Assembly: GCA_973895155.1 (NCBI GenBank)
Contig: OZ316897.1
Span: 12,771,375-12,835,374 of the forward strand
Direction of reading: 5' to 3'
DNA from: Marsupella aquatica
Taxonomy: Eukaryota > Plantae > Marchantiophyta
DNA length: 64,000 nucleotides
Position 1 is the stretch's first letter. Each line of letters begins with the position of its first letter. The translations under genes were made by a program, and so were the position numbers. Shown piece after piece: positions 25,796 to 39,406 of this stretch. Below the pieces are notes generated by a model. The model worked only from the letters and a program-made list of their open reading frames with translations, had not been told where the DNA came from and did no database searches.

Positions 25796-27652
25796 TTGTG
25801 TTAAGAAAAAAGATTCTTCCTTTCAAACCTTAACCTCCCTCTTTTCCCCTTTTCCTATTTTTGGTCTTCTCTTTTTCACATCCACCATCACTCCACTTGT
25901 TCACCGCCCCCCTTCCCCACCCATGTGAGATCGAGGGGCTACCCTACATTGCGAGTGTGCCCCTCACCTGAGACCTTGCCATCAACACCCATGCCATGCG
26001 CTTCACTATGTCTTTGGGCCATATTACTTATGTTTTTTTGGCATTGAAAATGACACTGCAAATGACTGTAAAAATCAACACAAATATTGGGAGAATAATT
26101 TTTTTTTTGATCTAGTGACTAAAATGTTATTAGCAATTAAATTACTTTTATGGACTCTTACTAGTATTATACAAAATTATGATGCACATAATATTGAAAT
26201 ATGTACTTTGAATATGTACAATATAAATTTACATGTGACTATGTACAATATTTACTTGCATGGATATATACTCCTTCATCCTTGTGCATTGATCCTTGTG
26301 CATTGTGTTCAAGTCTTTTTTTGTGTGACTCGTGTGATTATTCTTGCTTGTCTTGGGCACTGGTGTAAGTTTTTGTGACTCACACTAAACTCAATTCATA
26401 CTTTGGTTTTATTGCTTACCTTTGACCAGATTTTTTAATTTTTGTGCCCTGCAAATTTGAATGACGACCACTCTAAAAAGTGGCACAACTGTGTCATATA
26501 GATCTTGATAAAAATGAAAAACATAAAGACATGCCAACCCGCAAATGGGAATATGGGGGGACTACACCAGAGGATAAGCTAGACCGCCTGAACCATTATG
26601 TCTGGCAGAGCCATCTTTATTAAAACGTCTACAATAAGAGTTTTCGACATGTTGATTGAAGATTGGCCCTCTTGTGGTGGGTGACGTAAAATATAGAATA
26701 TACAGAACCAACGAGTTTGTGCTCTTAAGCCTTGAAAGATTTATAATTTTAACCAAAGAAGAAAACAGACTGTATGGCTAAAAGCATGCTTACATAGGAC
26801 AACACAACCAAGATGGCAGAAACAAATGTTGTGTTCATCAAATCATTCTGGGAGGTCAAGTTACTTTGGTTCGCTCATCAACTGCCACTAGCAGTATAAA
26901 AGGGGGAAGTGTGTAAGATTTTTCCCTTTTTCACTTTCCCCTCATCCTTCTAATCTCCCCTTCCATATTGCTCCACAAATTCAAAAAATATTAGTATTTA
27001 TGGTGAAATCTGGTGTAACCAGGTGTTTGCCATGGCTAGAGGTGTTTTAACACAAACCTAACGTATCTGATGAAAGTAACTGGTTCAAGATGGCTCATCA
27101 TGGTTGCAGTGGGCCATCTAGGTCTTTCTTGGAATGTGGACAAAATATGTGAGAACACTATCAAAGAAAATGGCCAATCTACAACCATTAACAAATGCGA
27201 AAAATAGATCAAGCTCAACACCAAATAAAGCAATCTTCCATACTAGACACCATATAGCAGGTCGATGTGCCCTGTATTTGTAGTCTCGAAATTACAGAAG
27301 TACTTTTGAAAATGTACTGAAGTCGCTAGCTACTGAGAAAGTCAAAGCTCCCATGGACCACAACATTCTGTAAGATGCTCAACAGGTTTGTCATATCCCA
27401 ATGGATTACTTCCAAACTTTCCTTGTCTATCTAGATATCGCATAGCCTATATGTTCCAGATTTTTTGGTGTCACAAGGCGTCGATCCGCTCCAAGCTTAG
27501 GGTCAAACATTGTGGTCCTTCAGCTCATCGAATTTTGGCTAGCTTCCAACGTCGGGACTTTGCAAAACAATTACAGTAAGAGAGTACAAGCCAAACATTA
27601 AAACAGAGAAGATTCTCTAAGAGAACCACCTCCTGTAGAGCCCGAACTAGAG

Positions 27653-27759
27653 AAATTTACAATCATTCGAATTAAGAGAAGACAGAAGATTTACAATATT
27701 TGATCTTCGGTACAGTATGATCTGCTGCAAATTTACAATCATTCGAATTAAGAGAAGAC
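27653..27759. repeat. 31-bp direct repeat x2 downstream of Ran
   Basis: aaatttacaatcattcgaattaagagaagac occurs twice, ~75 bp apart. Confidence 0.8.
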
Positions 27760-29035
27760 CTCTGATTTTCTACACCAAACTCTATACCAGTTCATTAAAA
27801 GATCTATGCAGGATATGGCCAGTCGATCCCATTCAGGAAACCGCTCGCTGTAAACTATGACCCCCTCTATTGTGCGTTCAGGATGAAACAAGACAGCATA
27901 CACCGAATAACTCTGTTTTACCGAAGTCCTATCAGCTTCTGTAGATAGGGAGTCACCCGCAGGTTTTCCGAAATTCTGACTTCTCAGCCTGTTTTCAATT
28001 TATCCAGCAAATTGCGTTGCTTGGTTACGGCTGAACCAGCAGACAAAAACAATAGATACCCACACCTCTGCAGTTCCTGTCTCAAATTAGAGGATCTAAC
28101 GAGTAGACTCAGCGAAGTCTCAACCCCTCGAAACGACCATGGCACATTTCAATATCCGTTTCGGTAGACTCCATTGTAAGAGTGAAAATCTCTATTGCAA
28201 CAAGTCTGTCACAGGAATGCTTAGTTACAGAGAAAGAAGCGCTTCATTTCAAACCACTGTCACAACATGGTTGAGAAAATTCTCCCAAAGGTCCTCCATG
28301 CTTGTCATTGGACTGAACTTAGCGACGTCATTCTTAATATAACACGGAATAAGGAATTCAAGATCTCAATAACGTACGGTTATGGTACACGAGTTAACTC
28401 GAGGATTCCCGGCAAAGCCTTTTCTGGACCCAGGCAGAGAAACAAATCTCTAAACTTTAGCTCTCACATGTGAGGCCTGTCGTTAATGTGGAACACAGGA
28501 CAAAAGTAAAGCAGAGCACCGGGTTGAGGAAGCTTAGACCTCTACTTTTAACAAATCCATTGATATCACGAGAGAATCTAACCAGAAATGAATCGGGTGA
28601 ATCGCTAGTCTTGATAGCCACAACTCAACTTCAAAATAGTAAACACATTCAGTCCTGGTACAAGAACTCAATGGCTAAACACCCGGCGAAATAAAAACGA
28701 GTAACACACGACAGCAGTTCGTTAATACAACTTGGGCTGCTGCCAAATCACAGCATAGGACAAATCCTTATTTCAAGGAGGCCAGAATCATAACAGGCAG
28801 GAGCAATCTGCATGTAGAGAAATGCATATCAGCCGCAGTATTGAAGGCACGTTCTTCAGACGAGATTGTCTAATAGGTGTCACCTGGACCACTGACTTTA
28901 AGGACGGTGTTCAAAACACTACAGTCGAACCTAACTAGCATCACAACCACCAGCCTACAATGCGATGGGCTTCCTGGTTCAGCTTGGAAAGGCATATAAG
29001 AAGCATAGATTTGAAGTACTAACTAACTGATGAGT

Positions 29036-30888
29036 CTAATTTTCGAAGGGCTCCTCATCATCATCTGGCAAAGGCTGTGCAGCAGCAGCTGTGAGCTCGG
29101 CCTCGTACCTGTAACAATGACCAGATAAGGTTGGTCAGGAGGGCAACTCAAAGATCAAAGAAAGACTACTCAAACTAATTATATTCAACGCTTAAAGACG
29201 ATCATATAACACGTACTGCTCTTGTGCGGCCAGATCAATGTGGACTTCGGGGGGAGCCAGAGCTGGAGATTCGACGAAGTGAAGGTTCACATCACTGCAA
29301 GAAGATGGGAGCGAAGGTAAATCATTAGTACTAGGTTCATTTAATTCGCAAATTGACTTGGAGAGGAAAAATCAGGTACGACGGCAATAGGGAACGACAC
29401 CGACGGGTTAGAAGTTAACCCAAAGGAACAAAAACACGAAAGCAGTGTTACCCGGCAAGCTTCCTCGCAAGATAGAGGAACGGCTTCTCGAAGTTGTAGT
29501 TGCTCTTAGCAGAGAGCTCGTAGTACTGAAGATTCTTCTTCCTGTGGAAGGTCACCTGCTTTGCCTTGACCTGCCTATTCTTGACATCGACCTTGTTCCC
29601 ACAAAGAACGATAGGAATGTTCTCGCACACCCTGACAAGATAGACACCAAACCGGATCAATTTTCAATCCGCACAGAGCCACAGAAAAACTCGAGTTAAA
29701 GCTCAAGAGACCAAGATCAAGGAAAGACTGATTACCTGCACAGGTCCCGATGCCACGTAGGAACGTTCTTGTAGGTCAAACGAGCAGTGACGTCGAACAT
29801 AATAATTGCACACTGACCGTGGATACTGCGACACGACAACAAAGGTCAGAGGTAAGAGACCCATTTCTAACGCAAATTTCACCGAGAGAATGCAAATTCC
29901 AAGTACCAACGAGAATTCACGGAGAGAATGCAAATTTCCAATCCCGAAATCACGGAACGTCAAGTTCTAAGGAGAGGGTGAACGTACTAATATCCATCAC
30001 GAAGCCCTCCAAACTTCTCCTGGCCAGCAGTATCCCAACAGTAAAACCTAATCCTTCCACAGTTGGTGAAGAAATCTAGCGGATGCACTTCCACTCCAAT
30101 AGTAGCTACAAGCCATCCAGGAGACACATAAAGGCGTGTCAGATGAAGATAACGGCAATTTGGCATAAGCTAATCGGGATCGTAGTTAGGAAATCAAAAC
30201 AAGACATCTGAGGGAAGGACAGAACAGAAGGGATCTCACGTTCGTATTTCTTCTCAAACTCTCCCGTCAAGTGACGCTTCACGAAAGTCGTCTTTCCTGC
30301 ACGAAGTAAAATATCAGTGATGGCCTCAATCAACCTTCTAGCGAGCCAGATCGAGATATAATATGATGATCCCAAAACTTCAATTCAGAGAAAGAACCAA
30401 TCAATTACCAGTTCCGCCGTCACCCACAATAACAAGCTTGAAAGATGGGCAGTTGTCGGGAGTTTGCTGCCCTGGCAAAGCCTGTATCAACCGAAAATCA
30501 CATGAGGTGGTAAGATAATTGAATGCCAGCCGGAAACACATCCCCGCCTCAGGATGTTAACCCTAATCCTCACGGGTCGAGAGGAAAAATTTGAAAGCAG
30601 CATTCGGCTGTTTGATCGCAATCCTGACTTTAAGACTGTTTAGCTTAGAAGGAGAATCCGTCTGCCACTCGTGAACAAGCCAAACTTTCGGTCACCCAAC
30701 CAGATTGAATTCGAATTCTCTGATCGACCGCAGAAGAAACAAACCCAGGTGGCACACAAGGGAATCCCTGCCGTAGTGAGCACTAATTTGAAACCAGAGG
30801 TAGAAAGACATCGGTCGCAGTACACATGAATCCACGACAACGAGGAACAACAAAGCGGGGGACATGATCCAGTGAGGAACCTTACCAT
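29036..30888 (-). CDS. RAN: GTP-binding nuclear protein Ran. Inferred coding exons: 30888-30886 (ATG only), 30481-30409, 30296-30240, 30105-29988, 29825-29736, 29631-29452, 29294-29217, 29108-29036
   Basis: Spliced product [56 protein letters not shown]...[17 protein letters not shown]...CGNKVD...[22 protein letters not shown]...[15 protein letters not shown]1-G5 motifs and the acidic tail are present; all introns are GT-AG. Confidence 0.98.
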
Positions 30889-32080
30889 CGTACTCGACTG
30901 ATATACGACCGAAAGCGCGGGGCGACTTCCTCGTAACCTGTGAATGAAAACAAAGGTCAGCTATTGGTGAGTGCTTGATGGAAAGACCGGGAGACATCAG
31001 TCGGGCGGGAACCAGGGACTTGCGAAAGACTATCAACCCAAAACATCTGCAGATCTTTGCAACGTATTCGTGTTTCTAGTTGGGAAAACTACGGAGTACT
31101 CCACACAGGAAAAGCAAACAAAGCGCCCACATACAGCATCCCTCGGAAAATGAAAGCTTGGACCAAGCTGAGAAGGTCCAACTCTCCCAAGCACAAGAAT
31201 GCATCCCCAACATCCACGGACAGAGAAAAAACACCAGGCCAACTCCAACCTAGACAAAACTCCTCGAACTGCTCGATGTCCAGAGGTCACCTCTTACGAC
31301 GGTCATCAATGGAACAGGACAGAGGAAAACTCCGAACCACAACCGTATTCACAAATACCGTTTCGTCCCAGGACTACACAAGTTCTTCACGTATCGTTCA
31401 CAATAAAGGGACACATCCACTGGAAGACCAAAATAAGCGACCGAAACACCAGATTCGCATCATCAGACACCCCGCAATAACAAAACTATCACTCGAGACG
31501 GGACCACACCTCATCTAGACAATCCACCCAACACCTCAAAAGAAAATCCAACCCACGCGACGCATGCAACGACCAAGAAGGTCAGAGAACCAACCTTTCG
31601 AAAGAAAGAAACACATCCACGCCCTCAACGCAACCAAACGACTCAGACGAATCCAAAAACCTTCATCCCCATGCAAGGCCAGAAACGATCAGTGAACATA
31701 CCCTCTGTTTCAGTCACCACCCTTCCACACCAAACACGTCGACGACAACGATCTGCTCCCGTCTCCCGATCACTAGTTTCCTTCACGTCGGCTTCGCTCG
31801 CACTGAAGCAACGGTGAACTCCTTTCGTTCCAGAAGACAAATAGAAAAAGTCGTTCCTAGGGCGTTCGTTCCTCAAATCACTCGAAAGTCCTCTCGCTCG
31901 ATCCTCTTTGTTCGTTCGCTTGTTCCTTCGCTGGGTCCTCCAAAAGGCTACTCCGAGACAGAAACACAGAACGAGAGAGAGGGAGAGAGAGGGAGGGACG
32001 AGCGAGAAGAGCGAGCACGAAAGGATATGCCGATTTCTTCCGAAGAAAGAGAGGAGAGCATTCAGCACCGAAGCTCGGGC
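30889..32080 (-). other. Ran 5' UTR with probable intron (~31701-30938)
   Basis: Acceptor TTCACAG|G at ~30938 and candidate donor AGAGG|GTATGT at ~31701. CT-rich leader on the minus strand at 31960-32060. Confidence 0.55.
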
Positions 32081-32086
32081 CTCGCC

Positions 32087-32137
32087 AAACCCTAAAAGCA
32101 AAGCGTCGTACAGTAACGGATCCGGTAGGCGGGCCCG
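32087..32137. promoter_or_regulatory. Telo-box (AAACCCTAA) with adjacent site-II-like GGGCC motifs at the Ran promoter/TSS
   Basis: AAACCCTAA at 32087-32095; GGGCC at ~32077 and GGGCCC at ~32131. This pairing is typical of plant housekeeping and translation-related promoters. Confidence 0.55.
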
Positions 32138-35100
32138 AAGTGCCCGAACCGGGCGACAACGCAAAAACCCTCTAGAAGCTCTCCAATAATGAACGGAGTG
32201 TAAATTAAATTATAAATAGATATAAAAATAAAACTCCGAAATACCAACAAATGTCACCAGACCCCTCCTATACGCCGTCCTATCCGACTCTTCCAAGGCC
32301 GCAATCATAAAAACACACCTTGCTAAAGCTTTTTTTTGTTTTTCTTGAAAGGACCACTTTTTTGGTCCGTGTTTTAATGGGTTTTACTTTCATTCTTGCT
32401 AAAGTTTTCCGTTTTCTAAGATGGGGTCATGTTCGATATAGTGGCTGAGTGCCCCGACTTTGGGAATACATTAAGAAGATTTAAGCCAGCTACACCATAT
32501 TCACCCCTAAGTTCAATTAGGGCCCTGTAGACTGTAAGCCCTGAAATGTAACTTTTGTTGATGAATATATAATTCCAGTCCCAATGCTATATACATATAG
32601 AAATTGAACCAGTGTGACAAAATATCTTGAAGTGTTTGTGAATTCTCAAGAAACACAATTGTATTGTAAAATTTAAGAATATTTTGGTTATTTTAGTGTG
32701 AACATTGACTTTTTAGTGCATCCATTATTTTCAAAATTACAAAGTATACCAACAAAACTCATAGTTCGCAAAAGTCTTGTGTTAGTCAGGATAATGCTAA
32801 AGTACTAACACAGTTGCAGGAGCACTTAGTCCAAGACTCGTTTGAGGCCACAAATACTTGAATAACCATAGTAAAGTTGAGTAAACTCTCCCACTTAGAC
32901 CCCACTTCTCTCGCTTGTTTAGCTTTGCCAGAATTTATCTAAAATTATTTGATTGAGAGATAAGATAACTAAGGATCAAATATAAAACTGAATGTTCCCC
33001 AGTGGAGACTCTACAAAAAAATTACAATACTAAGAAGAAGTAAGTAAACCAATAACTAGAAACTACTGCATATAGTCCAGAAAGGTTAAATAGTCAAGGC
33101 CCAATCCGCCAATCGGGAAACATGAGACCAGCAATAAAAATTTGTCCCCGTAAGCAAAAATCGCAGCTGTCAATACCCTACTCTATTATTATACAAAAGG
33201 ACACTTTTCAAATTTCTCTTTTTAATATGATGGAAAATTAAATAATTTCTTGAGACCCATAGTCCAAGAAAATGAACTGCACCTGTCAGTCCGTGGTCCC
33301 AATTTGAAAGCTGCTCCCTTCGCGCGGGACAGTTGAAAATACAATTTCAAATACCTTGACGATAAATCTACTCCGTGGATCCCAAGAATCGACGACAGCG
33401 AGAAGCTAGGGGAAGGCATATTCTTTCCAGCAATAATGACCGGAAACGACGGGGAACTTCAAAATTCTGACACAAACTTCACACGGACTGGGTGTTTCAT
33501 TATTATCCACTGGATAACTGAACGTAAGAAATTTTGAAAGCCTTTCCCTCCGTCAATAATTTGGAAATCCAAGGCTCGTATATAATTAAATTACAAGAAA
33601 ATAACAACTTTGCTCATAATTTGGTTCCCAATCCCGACTTTTGCTCGAAGCTGTACACCTGGCGGCACAGGCATCATTCTTTCCAATACAAGTGGTTCAT
33701 AAAGCACCTTCGAAAGGATAGTCAGTATCTCTCAATCTAAGACGTCCATAGAATGTTAGATGGTACCATTCAATTGGGCCATTTTCTACTGTTCCTGTAT
33801 TATATTCGCAATTATTATATTATAGTAAAGTATTAGTAACATAAAGTCCATAATTAATATTACCATAGTTGTAAAGTTGTTCCACTGTTTTCAGTTTCAA
33901 AAAGGTTACTCAAATTTGCTCCAGACTACCTAAAAAGTTCTCTTATTTTGTTTGTTCCAGATGTATTTAGCTGTCTCCTCAGCAGATAACACTTGCGGGG
34001 CACCATTTGTCTCATGCAAAGTTTGTCAAGCTCTTATGTCTAAAACTTAAGATACTCGCCACTCAATTTCCAACCCATTGTTTTAAGGAGGTCCACTTTT
34101 TCCTAGCAAAAGTTTCCAAACTGTCATGTGTGGAATTTAATGGATTTAATATTAATACTTTCTCCAGGCTCACTGTGTTAGGGAGGTCCAAATTTGAAGT
34201 TGGAGATAATTAATTTTTTTCTTTATTTTCACCTACTACAGTTGATTACCGTTACCGTCCAAAACTGCACTTCTACCGTGTACGAGACGGAAAACAAAGT
34301 CGGGAATGTTTTCTGTTTTCAGTACTTACTTTTGATGTTTTTCCCCGAAGCAGTTACATCGGGGTTCTTTTGGACTGTAGCTTGGGAATTGGTACAGTAG
34401 TGGGCGGCAAGGCAAAGCGGGGGATAAGCTTAGGGGGCCTCACAACCGAGTCAGGCCCAGGTCACATGCGTGTCCTTTGGCAGGTCTAGAGTTCAATGCT
34501 CGGCAGGTTCTGTAACAGGTACCTTGGGGAGAAGCGCGTACCGCCGTGGTGACTTGTGACAAACGCGAGGAAGGGCGACAGGAGGGCTCATGTTGCCGTC
34601 CCTTGGTACACACATGACATCCAGTTTGCCCACATTCACTTCTTTTAGACCACTACTAAAATAAGACGAAGTGTCTAAACCGGGCATCTACGATTTGCAC
34701 TCTCCTTGACAAACGCAGGAAAATGCTGCTGTAGCATGACCTGGTTTGGAGCAGCACGCATTTATTAATTTTCCATTTCACGGTAACTCAAGGCCCACCT
34801 GATTATTGTCCTGTTTCAAATTTTTCAACAAATATATACATGGAAAAGTTCACACTCTGATGCTTTAGAATATTCTAAAAATTTAGGTGACAAAGTTCTT
34901 TTAGGTGCAACGAAGTCAAAATATTCGTTCAGTTGGGCCCAAACTTGTAAGAATTATTTATATGTTGCGTGAATGGGCATGGCACTATGGTAATTATAGT
35001 GACCAGCAGTAGTGGTGGTTTAAGGGAAATCGCCCATAGAAAGCAGTTGCTGGCAGGACATTCTTATTTTTATTTGCTAACCATTGACTCTATATTTTTG

Positions 35101-38100
35101 AAATTGAATCTTGAATGGACCAAGCTTGTGAAGCGTACAATCCCCAGGGACCACATCCTTGATTCTATCATTGGCACTTCACTTTTCAGAAGTGGCTTGA
35201 CAGGATCTTTCCAACTACTCTTATATCTTTCATAATCATCAAGAATCAAGAGAGTTGTGAATCTGGATATAGGGCTGAATAGGCTCCTCTTGTGGTTAGA
35301 ACTCGCTTGGAAAGGTCTTTACAAAATGTCTCTACAGTCAACTTTTATTAACTTTGAGAGAGCTATGAATTTCCAAAGATGGCCATTAAATCATCTGCAA
35401 TGTTTCACTCTCTTGACAAAATATGTTATCTGACCAGAAAATAATCTAAAGTGGTTGGCACATTCTGAGCCATTTTGATTTGCAAAGACAAATCTATGTT
35501 AGCCTATCCCCATAGTTGAAGCCATGAAAACTGGAAAATCTGTTTTTGTTTGAGTTGCAAAAGGTTGTGGGATGAAAGCCGAATACAGACTTACAAGGTA
35601 CAGAATATATTAAATTGATAATTGCTCAACTTGCATATGTTCATGATGCTTGACCCTCACGAGAGCCACTCCACCCTTTGGCCATGTTGTATGTTTTGAG
35701 TGTTTGGGATTATGAATAGTTATGTATTTAAAGGGGGCATATGAGGAGGTTGCACAATGGAGGATTTGTGTGTTTATCTATATTAATAACTAACCACAAT
35801 GAAAAGCTAGAGTTGGGGTCTAGGCTTCTAGAGTGAAACTAGCCTCTAGACCGTGAGTCTAGGGCCCCACCCAAAGGTATTTGGATGGAAAGAAGGATGG
35901 AAGATGATGTATGCCAAAATGATGATGATGGGTAATGATTTTTGTCATCATTTTTATTATTTAACATTCAAAAAATGGGCATCAGGCTAGTGTAGTAAAC
36001 ACATATCTTCTTTTACAACCACTGCGGCTTATCCAAGTAGTAAATGTATGTAACTTTAATCTCTTAACCATAGGGGTAATCCTCACTCAAGTACTTTTGG
36101 GTCTCATGTTGCTACCAATATCATTGTGTTGCACTCCCCTGCACAACTGTTGGTTCTTATATGTAGTGGTCTCTTTGATCTTGTAGGAGGACTCAATGGG
36201 TCCATCAAAGTCAGCCTACTTGCTCACATACATTGCCACATTAGACCCAGGGTTATTCTACACAAACTCTACAAAACGAGTTTTGAAGACCAGCAAAGCA
36301 ATGTCACAATTTGAAGCACTTTCCTAGAGAGAAGTTGCTTGATATTGTTGTGGAGTTTTCCCTGACTCTAATTGTGGTCTATTCAAAGAGAATTACAATT
36401 TGGTCAAATAGACATGAAGGATTTGTGGAATTTTTGAGGGAAGGTGGCTTGTGGCGGATTCCATGGATTCTTGGTGTGGATTTGTAGCACCAACGCACTT
36501 TCGTGGAAGTTGTGAGAAATCAATGTCTGAGATTTGATGTGGAATTGTTAGTTATGACAACTGCAAACTTGAGAAGTTATAACCGGTCGTACAAATGTAT
36601 GGAGATTGGTTTTGGGCCAAATTCAGATAAGTGGAGAGATAGACTTCAATTCAATTGTTTGTATACAGTCCGCCATCCCAATTCCAAAGGTGTAAATTGG
36701 AGCAAAAATGGAACAATCATAAATGCGTTATGGACGGTCAAGTCAATTGACCAATGATGGGGCAGATGATGGGTGTATAGACAATGAGAGCATGTACAAA
36801 TCTGTCATCAAGTATGCTATGGGAGCATGTTGTAAATGTTTCCAACCCCTATTAGCTCACATGTGAGGCCATAGAATCAAACCTTTCCCAATTGATTTTG
36901 GGCCTGGTTTTGACTATGTATGGTATTTTGTCTTGGTTTGTGATTCTTAGAATTGGCTAAAACTCGCTTGTTTGTGTGTGCATGACCATGACAACAATGC
37001 ATGTTGATTGGTGACGTGAATATGTAGTACCATGCTTTATAGATCATTTTTTGGACCAAAGAAAACCTGGAGTTGTGGGAGGGTTCGGAATGGTTCCTTT
37101 GCAGTCAATGGGGTTCGCACTTGTCCAGGGGAGCATACTTCAAACTTGATAGTCTATCCGACTTTGTTTTCTACCATTCTTTTTACTTTCAGAGTGATTT
37201 CGACTCATAAGCTTTTCAACCAGCCCTCCATTTTAAATTGAAACTCCCATGTATCACAATGTTTGACTAGAGCTTGATTGAGTGGGGCAACCAACATGGA
37301 CTTTTCTCACATGTTATTTTCACATAGATAGTTGCTTTCCTTTGTATAAATGCTCACTTCTTTGAGTACTCAGCATAACATTTTCAAATGCATATGGAGT
37401 AACATTCTCACACTATTGAGACTCATATTGAGGGGTCTAGTCACCTAAAACATTCCTCTGTCTTTCATATTAGAGGGGAAGGTTTGGAGACCGGGTGGAG
37501 TAGTGGATGAAACCTGGAACAAGCAGAAGGGTGTGTGTACTAACACATCAAACTATGCACAAAGCAAAGACAGTCCCTTTGGACCATGGAGAGCTTAATG
37601 CTTGCACACATGACCAGCTCAACCCCAATGGACTATGCTACCAATAGGGCAAGACAATGAATTTGTCATGGTCAACCTTTATGCGGTATATATCCTATGG
37701 AGTGGATTTCACCCAAAGAGAGACTCGTATCACCTGGCCTTATTGTCCATGTGAGCTTGTGCTTCAAGTCATAAGTTCAAGAGGGATTTCCATCCAAAAC
37801 ATAGGGGGAAAGCAATGCTTTCTGACTTTTTTCCATGACCATTGGATTTGCCAAAAGTCCAACCCCTAGCCAGCCTGTCTACTCTCAGTGATATGCAAGC
37901 GCCTTGCTCCCTACCACGCCTGTCCTGTTGAAAACTCCCTCCTTGCAACTCTCTCCTTGCAACCATGTCCCTACCCATAGGGCCGCAATACTGTGCCTAG
38001 ACACTGTGGTCAGTGCATTTGTGCGGCCCTTGGCTGTTTTCTCCTAAGACCCCGGGCCTGGACCTTGCAACTATCGTCCTCCCTCCCTTCATGCAACCAT

Positions 38101-39138
38101 TTGGCTCCCTTCACCCTCGAATCCCTTTGCACTCGCCTCCTTTTGTCCTCTCCTCCCTTTGCCCTCACATCCTCCCTTGTCCTCGCCTCCCTTTCCAATG
38201 CCCCAGTGAGCAACACCACAGTGTGCCATGGTGCAACCTGATATGCTATGCTGCTGACTAGGTTTTCCCTGACTACACTTTTTGCATCAACCTGGAGATC
38301 TTCAACACCCTTGATGACACTTTCTTGCCTCTGCAGCAGGTATTTACTTGATGGACTTTCTTGTGTTAAAGATACTTCCGTGCCTCAATGATTTCCTGCC
38401 TCACACAAACTTATGTCTCACCTCAACATTTTTGTGCAACCCTAAGGCGTTGGGCTAGTTTGGGCTTGTGAATTCATGATGATACATGTCAAAAATCTCC
38501 AAGTTCAATCAATGCCCTTTGTGATTTTTCCCTTTGTATTTTTCAGGACATCATATACACACTTAAAGAAAATTGGTGTTTTATTACAAGGTATTTGATT
38601 ATGTCGAGCATACATGGTTAACCTGCGTATATGGGGAGACCATTTATGTGAGGCAAAATGCCTCATACCAAAAATGAACAGGGGCCTTGAGTTTCATCAT
38701 AAGTGTATGTGGGTGACTTATCCACTAACTAATGCCCAACATGCCTGGGTGTAGGATTTGAACATAACTTTGTGCTTTATGTTGACCATATGAAGTACAG
38801 GTTGATATTGATGAGATATAGTGAAGACAAAAAAAGTGCTTGCGTGGTAGCAACCTGAAGCCCCCAAAAGCAAAAAATCACCAAGACCGCCTTAAGGGTA
38901 GCATAATGCCCTGGTCAAGATCTGGATCATTTGATTTGGAATATTTTCCCCTACTTTTACTAAAGTTTAACAATAAAATCTCTCATGCATTTAAACCACA
39001 CCTGCCCTTTCAAAGCTACTGGTTACTTGCAGCTACCTTTCAAAGTAGCCTTTTCCTGAAATTGTGGAGCAAATTCACCTTTCAGGAATGTGAAAAAAGT
39101 GGGAGATCTTGGGCACTTCCCCCTTACATAAGGCCAGT

Positions 39139-39406
39139 AGTGGTTTAATGTGCACTGACCTCAAGCTCTCATTTTTAGTGGCAATAACATATCCCATATT
39201 GGCCTCCACATACTACCTCATTGTATACTTAATGCACTTTGTGATTTTTTCCTTTGTATTTTTCAGGGCATTCAGTGGTTTAATGTGCACTGACCTCAAG
39301 TTCTCATTTTTAGTGGCAATAACATATCCCATATTGGCCTCCAAATACTAGCTCATTGTATACTTAATGCACTTTGTGATTTTTTCCTTTGTATTTTTCA
39401 GGGCAT
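39139..39406. repeat. ~135-bp near-perfect tandem duplication
   Basis: agtggtttaatgtgcactgacctcaag...tttgtatttttcagggcattc occurs twice (starts 39139 and 39274). A third partial copy of the tail lies at ~38518-38547. Confidence 0.9.

Noticed and set aside
35000-38500. Possible decayed transposase or LTR-retrotransposon remnants
   Set aside because: CpG-depleted and TE-like, but I could not identify RT/integrase/transposase motifs, LTR pairs or a PBS, so no call was made.
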